Below are positions 57,554 to 64,000 of a stretch of DNA of 64,000 nucleotides, piece by piece (the first letter of the stretch is position 1; the number at the start of each line of letters is the position of its first letter). Origin of the DNA: a virus (taxonomy: Duplodnaviria; Heunggongvirae; Uroviricota; Caudoviricetes). Made by a program: the position numbers and the translations under genes. The stretch lies in the IMG/VR virus record IMGVR_UViG_3300044858_003749; one strand, given 5' to 3'. Below the pieces are notes generated by a model. The model did no database searches and was not told where the DNA came from. It saw nothing but the letters and a program-made list of their open reading frames with translations.

Positions 57554-59869
57554 ATGGACAACATTATTCTTTCTGCTGATTCTTACAAATACTCTCAGTT
57601 CAATCAATATCCTCCACAAACAGAGGGTGTTTATTCTTACATTGAGAGTCGCGGTGGTGGAGAAGAAGTTCTCTTTATGGGTCTTCAGATCTATCTTAAG
57701 GAATATCTATCTCGTCCCATTCGCATGGAAGATATTGACGAAGCAGAGGAACTTATTCTCGCTCACGGAGAACCTTTTTATCGTGGCGGGTGGGAATACA
57801 TCGTTAAGAAGCATGGTGGTTATCTACCCGTAAGAGTAAAAGCCGTTCCAGAAGGAATGGTGATTCCAACGAAAAATGTTTTGGTTACGATTGAGAATAC
57901 AGATCCAAACTGCTATTGGCTGACAAGTTTTCTAGAGACAAGTCTTCTTCGGCATGTTTGGTTTCCAACAACGGTTGCGACGAATTCTTATAACATCAAG
58001 AAGCTTATTTTGAGTTACTTGATTCGTAATGGAGATCCCAATACGATTGATTATAAGCTACATGACTTTGCATTTCGAGGTGTGTCTTCTTCTGAATCTG
58101 CCGGAATCGGTGGTATTGCACACCTTGTTAATTTCAAGGGAACTGATACAGTTGCCGCTCTTCGTTATGGTAGAAAATATTATAACGAAAAAATGGCAGG
58201 CTACTCGGTCCCAGCTTCAGAACATGGTGGAATCACGAGTTGGGGTAAAGAAAACGAAGTAGCGGCATATAGAAATATGCTTAATCATTATGCTAAGCCT
58301 GGTGCTATCGTCGCTTGTGTAAGTGACAGTTATGACATTTATAACGCTTGCGATAAGCTCTGGGGTGAGGAGTTAAAGGATGAAGTTATTGCTTCTGGTG
58401 CTACTCTGACGGTCAGGCCGGATTGTTATGATGATCAAACTAAGATTTTAACTCCTAGTGGGTGGAAATTATTTTGTGAATTATCGGAAAACGATCTGGT
58501 TGCCCAGGTTAATCCCGATAAAACTTATGAATTTGTCAAACCTCTTGAAATTATTAATGAATATTATGAAGGAGAAATGTATCAAATTCGGGATTTTCAC
58601 GGAAAAATTGATCTCTTAGTCACTCCTAATCATAGATTAGTGGTTGTAGATAGAGCTGGTGAACTTATAGTAAAAGAAGCCAAAGATTATAACCCAAAAA
58701 ATTTGAATTACCGAAAACTTCGTTCGGCTAAGGCCAAAACTTTTGGGAAAAATTTAACCTGGCACGAAAGACTATTAATCGCATTACAGGCTGATGGTAC
58801 TATTAGAAAAACGACCTCCAATAAGACGAGTATTGAATTCAATTTTCAAAAAGAGCGAAAGCATAATAGATTATTAAATATTCTTAATAATTTAAATTAT
58901 GAGTATAGTGTCTTTTATAGTGAGTCTAGGGAGGGCCAATCAATTATAACCGTGTCAATACCATTGGGTGAAATTGTTTCTAAAACATTTGATTGGGTTG
59001 ATATTTCAAACTTGGATAGTCAATGGTGTGAGCAATTTATAGATGAATTAAAACATTGGGATTCTTCTATTAGAAATAGTGGAAGATTTAAATATGATAC
59101 TACAGTTAAATTTAACATAGACGTAGTAGAATATATTGCCATTTCTTCAGGGAAAGGGATTTTAATTTCCGTCGCCGAAGATAATAGACAATCTTATTAT
59201 TCTGATGTTTATACTGCACATATATTGGATAATCCTTATTCTGGTGGTCAGACCATAACCAAAACAAAAGTTAATTATAAAGGAAGTGTACATTGTGTTA
59301 AAGTTCCGAGTGGTATGGTTTTAGTTAAAAGACACCGGGGAGTTTCTGTTTCTGGAAATTCTGGAGAACCTGTAGAAGTGAATCTTAAGTGTGCTCAAAT
59401 TCTTGAAAGTCATTATGGATCTACCGTAAACTCTAAAGGATTTAAGGTACTCAATAACGTCAAGCTCATTCAGGGTGATGGTGTTAATTATGAAACTGTA
59501 GATCGGGTTCTTCATGTACTTGAATCTAACGGATATAGTAGTGATAACATTGGTTTCGGAATGGGTGGCGCCCTGCTCCAGGCTGTTACTCGTGATGATT
59601 ACAAATTTGCCATGAAGTGTAGTGCGGTTAATGTGGCTGGAAATTGGAGGGATGTTTACAAGGATCCTATTACAGATCCAGGTAAAACATCTAAGAAAGG
59701 TCGTCTGAATCTGATTCATACCGATAATGGTTACGAAACGGTTCCTGAACGCCCATGGAATAAAGATGTTCTTGAGGTTGTTTATGAGAATGGAGAACTT
59801 CTAAAGGATTATACTTTGGAAGAAATCCGAGTGAACGCAAATCGGTGTATTCATAATTACTTCGCATAA
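57554..59869 (+). CDS. nadV: nicotinamide phosphoribosyltransferase (NadV/NAMPT) interrupted by an intein
   Basis: RBS AAGGAG. The exteins are continuous across 'ATLTVRPD | SGEPVEV', the conserved NAMPT RPDSG site. The 312-aa insert is described in the next entry. Confidence 0.8.
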   Translation: MDNIILSADSYKYSQFNQYPPQTEGVYSYIESRGGGEEVLFMGLQIYLKEYLSRPIRMEDIDEAEELILAHGEPFYRGGWEYIVKKHGGYLPVRVKAVPEGMVIPTKNVLVTIENTDPNCYWLTSFLETSLLRHVWFPTTVATNSYNIKKLILSYLIRNGDPNTIDYKLHDFAFRGVSSSESAGIGGIAHLVNFKGTDTVAALRYGRKYYNEKMAGYSVPASEHGGITSWGKENEVAAYRNMLNHYAKPGAIVACVSDSYDIYNACDKLWGEELKDEVIASGATLTVRPDCYDDQTKILTPSGWKLFCELSENDLVAQVNPDKTYEFVKPLEIINEYYEGEMYQIRDFHGKIDLLVTPNHRLVVVDRAGELIVKEAKDYNPKNLNYRKLRSAKAKTFGKNLTWHERLLIALQADGTIRKTTSNKTSIEFNFQKERKHNRLLNILNNLNYEYSVFYSESREGQSIITVSIPLGEIVSKTFDWVDISNLDSQWCEQFIDELKHWDSSIRNSGRFKYDTTVKFNIDVVEYIAISSGKGILISVAEDNRQSYYSDVYTAHILDNPYSGGQTITKTKVNYKGSVHCVKVPSGMVLVKRHRGVSVSGNSGEPVEVNLKCAQILESHYGSTVNSKGFKVLNNVKLIQGDGVNYETVDRVLHVLESNGYSSDNIGFGMGGALLQAVTRDDYKFAMKCSAVNVAGNWRDVYKDPITDPGKTSKKGRLNLIHTDNGYETVPERPWNKDVLEVVYENGELLKDYTLEEIRVNANRCIHNYFA
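58424..59359 (+). mobile_element. intein (312 aa) with LAGLIDADG-like homing endonuclease domain inside nadV
   Basis: Starts with Cys ('CYDDQTKILT') and has block B 'LVTPNH'. It ends '...SVSGN' with a +1 Ser. An internal 'LLIALQADGTI' is LAGLIDADG-like. Confidence 0.6.
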
Positions 59870-59954
59870 GGAGTGTGCCAGCCTAAAAACTGGCACTTTC
59901 TTTTTACGGTCGTCACATAAGGCATCTATAGTTGTTTGGTCAGACTCTCTTTTT

Positions 59955-60431
59955 ATGAAACGTCCTCAGGTAAAAACCTCTACGTTTAAGGAAATTCGTC
60001 CAATCACAAAATTGGATGATATTCCACGTATAAAGCAATTTAATTTTTTTCATAAAAAAGGAGTAAAATGTGTTAAATGTGGTTGTGAGGGAAAGTTTAT
60101 TGTTAAAGATAACCTTAATAGACGCAAAATTTGTACAGAAAATTACATTAGTTTGAGTAGGGATCATATTATTCCAATCTCTAAAGGTGGGTCCAACGTA
60201 ATAAAAAATATGCAGACGATGTGTGAATATTGTAATGGTTTAAAGGGTACCATGAATAATGAGATTTTTATGTCTATACCAAATTTCTTTTTAGACGATG
60301 CTTTTAAATGTGACCGGAGCAAAAGTTTTAAAGTGTTTATTCTTCTATTAAGAGTTATGGCAAAATTTTATAGGACTAAAACCAGGATTTACTCAAGAAT
60401 GAAAAATCTGCACTCACAAACTCTAACCTAA
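59955..60431 (+). CDS. HNH homing endonuclease
   Basis: 'KCVKCGC...DHIIPISKGGSNVIKNMQTMCEYCNGLKG' is an HNH motif with Cys pairs. It is free-standing between nadV and cysS. Confidence 0.65.
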   Translation: MKRPQVKTSTFKEIRPITKLDDIPRIKQFNFFHKKGVKCVKCGCEGKFIVKDNLNRRKICTENYISLSRDHIIPISKGGSNVIKNMQTMCEYCNGLKGTMNNEIFMSIPNFFLDDAFKCDRSKSFKVFILLLRVMAKFYRTKTRIYSRMKNLHSQTLT

Positions 60432-60452
60432 AAGTAACAATTCTTAACCGTT

Positions 60453-60731
60453 ATGATCAAACTGAATGAAATCACCGTCAAGGTTACGTTTAACATTAAC
60501 AAATATATTGATTATTGTTGGGACCAAAGAATCATACCATCGCAAGATAATTATAGAGAGTGGGTTATTCAGCAAATGTCTGATTGTAGTGAAGACGAAC
60601 TCAAAGTTACCTACTCTAAAAAGCAGCAAATCTTTAATAACAATAAGGTGGAATTTGTTTGTTTGAATGACAAATTGGCTAAAAGGCTAAAGCGGGGCCA
60701 CCAATTATTCAAGAAAAAAATGGAAAGATAA
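60453..60731 (+). CDS. hypothetical protein
   Basis: 92-aa ORF. Confidence 0.3.
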   Translation: MIKLNEITVKVTFNINKYIDYCWDQRIIPSQDNYREWVIQQMSDCSEDELKVTYSKKQQIFNNNKVEFVCLNDKLAKRLKRGHQLFKKKMER

Positions 60732-60886
60732 AACTCTATGGTGAATTTTTTGAGCCTATACTTAATTCCACTGACACACAAATAGGAGTGGTTGTTCAGA
60801 ATAAAAAAAGCGAATCCTTGAGGCATCATTGGGATTTAGATAAAATCTTTATTCTAAAAAGTTCTATTAAACCCTGAGCCATAACT

Positions 60887-62236
60887 ATGTCATTGTTTCT
60901 AACAGATACTCTAACAAAAGAAAAAAGGGAATTCGTTCCACTAGAAAATAACACTGTCAACATATACTCCTGTGGTGTGACCGTTTATGATCTAACACAC
61001 TTTGGTCATGCTCGCAGTTTTATAGTTTGGGATGTTCTTCGTAGACACCTAAAATGGCTTGGATATGCTGTTAAATTTGTTCAGAACTATACCGATATTG
61101 ATGATAAAATTATTGCAAAAGCCAATGAACAGAATCAAACAATCAAAGAAATAACAGAAAAGTACATTAACGAGTATGAGAAAGATATGACCTTTCTTAA
61201 TGTTATGTTGCCGGATAAGATGCCTAGAGCCACAGATCATTTATCCGAAATTCGCAGTATGATTAAAACTCTAGAATCTAAAGGTGCTGCATATACTTTA
61301 GATGGTAGTGTTTATTTTTCTGTTAATACTCATGAGAATTATGGTAGATTATCTGGAAGAATTTTAGACAATCAAAAAGATAACTCAGGTGAATTTCTTA
61401 AAAAGAATTCTTTTGATTTCGCATTATGGAAAGCTTCTAAACCAGGTGAACCGAGTTATTCTTCTTATTGGGGAAATGGTAGACCGGGATGGCATATAGA
61501 ATGTTCGGCGATGATCTGGAAGGAATTTGGAAAGACTATTGATATCCATCTTGGGGGTTCTGATCTGATTTTTCCACATCATGAGAATGAAATAGCCCAA
61601 ACTGAAGTTGCAACAGAAAATCAATTATCTCGTTGGTGGTTACATTCTGGAATGGTAATGGTTGATGGTAAAAAAATGAGCAAGTCTCTAGGAAACTTTA
61701 CAACCATTCGGTCCTTACAAGAATCAGGATTTAGTCCAATGGCCATAAGGCTTTTCGTATTACAGGGGCATTATCGCAAACCTCTTGATTTTACGGAAAA
61801 TGCTTTAAAAATGGCAACGAATTCCTGGAATAAATTAAATGAAGTTTTGTTGTTAAAATCTTCAAAAGAAACTACCGAAATTGATTTTGATGATAAGCTA
61901 AGATCTTATCACAATAATTTTATAGATGCTCTTAACGACGATCTCAATACTTCTCTTGCAATCTCAGTTCTTTTTGTTTTGGTTAAAGAAATAAGAGTGA
62001 ATAACTCAGACTCTTATATTTTACTTTTGTGCGAATTATCAGCAATTCTTGGTCTTTTTGGAGAGCAAAAGTCCAATATAAGCGAATCAGAAATTTTAGA
62101 ACAAATTGAATTAAGAAATTCAGCAAGAAAAGAAAAGAATTTTACTCTTGCGGATGAGATCAGAGAAAAATTATTAACTTCTGGTGTTAAACTTGAAGAT
62201 ACAAAAGACGGAACTAGTTTTAATTTTATTGTGTGA
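60887..62236 (+). CDS. cysS: cysteinyl-tRNA synthetase (class I)
   Basis: HIGH motif 'HFGHARSF' and KMSKS motif 'KMSKSLGN'. Zinc ligands 'CGVTVYD' and 'HIECSAM'. Confidence 0.85.
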   Translation: MSLFLTDTLTKEKREFVPLENNTVNIYSCGVTVYDLTHFGHARSFIVWDVLRRHLKWLGYAVKFVQNYTDIDDKIIAKANEQNQTIKEITEKYINEYEKDMTFLNVMLPDKMPRATDHLSEIRSMIKTLESKGAAYTLDGSVYFSVNTHENYGRLSGRILDNQKDNSGEFLKKNSFDFALWKASKPGEPSYSSYWGNGRPGWHIECSAMIWKEFGKTIDIHLGGSDLIFPHHENEIAQTEVATENQLSRWWLHSGMVMVDGKKMSKSLGNFTTIRSLQESGFSPMAIRLFVLQGHYRKPLDFTENALKMATNSWNKLNEVLLLKSSKETTEIDFDDKLRSYHNNFIDALNDDLNTSLAISVLFVLVKEIRVNNSDSYILLLCELSAILGLFGEQKSNISESEILEQIELRNSARKEKNFTLADEIREKLLTSGVKLEDTKDGTSFNFIV

Positions 62237-62311
62237 CAATAATCAAACTGGCACACAAAACATCTAAAGGCTTCTGAATTGTGTTAAGATTGAAACTTAA
62301 AGGAAAGAATT

Positions 62312-63187
62312 ATGATCATTAAAGCACCACTTCTCGCAGGAAACTTTGACCCAGCAAAGGCAAGATACCCTTATATTGCCACACAAAAGATTGATGGAAT
62401 TCGTTTCCTAATGGTTTCCGGTGTAGCTGTATCTCGCACATTCAAACCAATTCGTAATAAACACATTCAATCTCTTTTGTCTCAATACTTACCAGACGGT
62501 ATTGACGGTGAATTAACTTCTGGTAATAATTTTCAAGACTCTACGTCTGCTATTATGAGAATTGAAGGAGAGCCTGAATTTAAGGTTTGGGTCTTTGATT
62601 ATGTTAATCCGAAGTCTCCTGATATTCTGCCATATTATTTGAGAATGCTACAACTTGGAGATATTAATATTTCTCAAGAACTTAATTATGAAAAATTGTT
62701 AGGTACTAATATTAAAACCGAAGACGATCTTGTTGCTATTGATAAGATTTATCTTGAATCTGGATATGAAGGCACAATGCTTCGTGATCCAAATGGTACT
62801 TATAAATTTGGAAGATCTACCGTAAACGAAAACATTCTTCTTAAGGTAAAACACTTTATTGATGACGAAGGATTACTTGTTAATGTTCATGAGAAAATGA
62901 GCAATCAGAACGAATTAGGTGTTGATGAACTCGGACACGCTAAAAGATCTTCTGCTCTAGATGGAATGGTTCCAATGGACACTGCTGGTAGCTTGGTTGT
63001 CAATGGATCTTATGGTGAAGTTAAAATTGGTAGTGGTTTAGATGATAAATTGAGAGAATATATCTGGGCCAATAAAGAAAAACTGATTGGTAAGACCTAC
63101 GTGAAATATAAGTTCTTTCCTCATGGTGTTAAGAATCTTCCGCGCCATCCAGTTTTCATTGGATTTCGTGACCCTGATGATATGTGA
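62312..63187 (+). CDS. small ATP-dependent DNA (or RNA) ligase, minimal nucleotidyltransferase type
   Basis: Motif I 'TQKIDGIRF' (KxDG), motif IV 'EGTMLRD' and motif V 'ILLKVK'. 291 aa, the size of Chlorella-virus or T7-like ligases. Confidence 0.6.
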   Translation: MIIKAPLLAGNFDPAKARYPYIATQKIDGIRFLMVSGVAVSRTFKPIRNKHIQSLLSQYLPDGIDGELTSGNNFQDSTSAIMRIEGEPEFKVWVFDYVNPKSPDILPYYLRMLQLGDINISQELNYEKLLGTNIKTEDDLVAIDKIYLESGYEGTMLRDPNGTYKFGRSTVNENILLKVKHFIDDEGLLVNVHEKMSNQNELGVDELGHAKRSSALDGMVPMDTAGSLVVNGSYGEVKIGSGLDDKLREYIWANKEKLIGKTYVKYKFFPHGVKNLPRHPVFIGFRDPDDM

Positions 63188-63264
63188 CAATAATCAAACT
63201 GTCCTACCTGATCCCAAAAGACATTTTCAACCCACTACACTGTTAAAAACAAAGGAGATTTACT

Positions 63265-63681
63265 ATGCTTATTGATGATTCGTTTATTTACATTCTTAAA
63301 AGCGATGCGAGGAAAATAGTCGCTCAAATTATTACAGTTCCTGAAGTTTTAGCTCGTTTAGCTAAGGATAATAATTCTAATGTTCGTTGTCATGTTGCAT
63401 GGAATCGCAACACACCACCAGAAGCATTAGAACGTCTGGTTAATGATGATGATGATTGGGTTCGTTATTATGTTGCACAAAATCCCAACACATCAACAGA
63501 AACCTTAGAACGTTTGGCTAATGATAGGAGTTCTTCTGTTCGTGCGAATGCTACATGTAATCCCAATTATAAAAAACCTAACACCATTCATTTCACAAAT
63601 GATCAAATGGTAGCACTAAAATCTTTGATTGAAAGTGCTAGTAACCCACATCTTCAGGAATTTCTTAAAAATGCTGATTGA
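63265..63681 (+). CDS. LRV/HEAT-like repeat protein (member N, 3 repeats)
   Basis: RBS AAAGGAG. The C-terminus 'NPNYKKPN...' is shared with member M. Confidence 0.7.
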   Translation: MLIDDSFIYILKSDARKIVAQIITVPEVLARLAKDNNSNVRCHVAWNRNTPPEALERLVNDDDDWVRYYVAQNPNTSTETLERLANDRSSSVRANATCNPNYKKPNTIHFTNDQMVALKSLIESASNPHLQEFLKNAD

Positions 63682-63710
63682 CCTTTCAGATGGAATTTTT
63701 AACCATAGAT

Positions 63711-64000
63711 ATGTATCGTTATGAGGTTGCAAATAATCCAAACACATCAATAGAAACCTTAGAACGTCTGGCTAATGATGACGATTGTTGTGTTCGTTAT
63801 TATGTTGTAAGAAATCCCAACACACCACCAGAAACCTTAAAGTGTCTGGCTAATGATGTGAATTCTGATATACGTTGTGGGGTTGCACTGAATCCCAATA
63901 CACCAACAGAAACATTAGATCGTCTGGCTAATGATGAGTATCTGCATGTTCGTAGATATGTTGCACAAAATCCCAACACACCACCAGAAACTTTAGAACG
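63711..64000 (+). CDS. LRV/HEAT-like repeat protein (member O, at least 4 repeats, truncated by the window end)
   Basis: ATG at 63711. 'NPNTSIETLERLANDDDCCVRYYVVRNPNTPPETL...' continues in frame to the last base. Confidence 0.6.
   Translation, partial: MYRYEVANNPNTSIETLERLANDDDCCVRYYVVRNPNTPPETLKCLANDVNSDIRCGVALNPNTPTETLDRLANDEYLHVRRYVAQNPNTPPETLE

Noticed and set aside
59321-59719. Minus-strand ORF inside nadV/intein
   Set aside because: It lies inside the continuous NadV-intein ORF, and its translation has no recognisable features.
1-64000. Prophage boundary, integrase, attachment site or CRISPR array
   Set aside because: No integrase or recombinase signature, no direct repeats flanking a tRNA 3' end, and no CRISPR-like repeat-spacer structure were seen. 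The content is consistent with a lytic T4-like phage genome.

Overview
The window is an AT-rich (~35% GC) double-stranded DNA phage segment with a T4-like myovirus character, probably a marine T4-like phage. The evidence is a PhoH-like ATPase, a gp32-type single-stranded-DNA-binding protein, TATAAATA late-promoter boxes ahead of structural genes, a gp4/gp53/gp48/gp54-like minus-strand block, and a long virion module with lysozyme-domain giant proteins, a gp5-like spike and three tail-fibre genes.

The second half is an accessory region with several unusual features:
- A multigene family of about 15 paralogous alpha-helical repeat proteins. The 26-aa (78-nt) repeat has the consensus 'NPNTPPE-LERLAND-D--VR--VA' and resembles leucine-rich-repeat-variant (LRV) or HEAT-like repeats. 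The genes sit in tandem arrays linked by a conserved overlapping stop/start junction. A SLOG-like protein, an SF2 helicase and a calcineurin-like phosphatase are interspersed.
- A translation and tRNA cluster: LysRS, CysRS, a Thg1-like guanylyltransferase, a CDA-fold deaminase, a small ATP-dependent ligase and four tRNAs. Two of the tRNAs carry insertions of about 40-50 nt in the anticodon region.
- An NAD+ salvage module: an NMNAT-Nudix fusion, a NADAR domain protein, and a NAMPT gene split by a 312-aa intein.
- A ~220-bp, ~68% GC patch inside the otherwise AT-rich lysS gene, a candidate structured ncRNA, and recurrent intergenic motifs.

All calls come from reading the sequence and the six-frame translations. 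Nothing was searched against a database.
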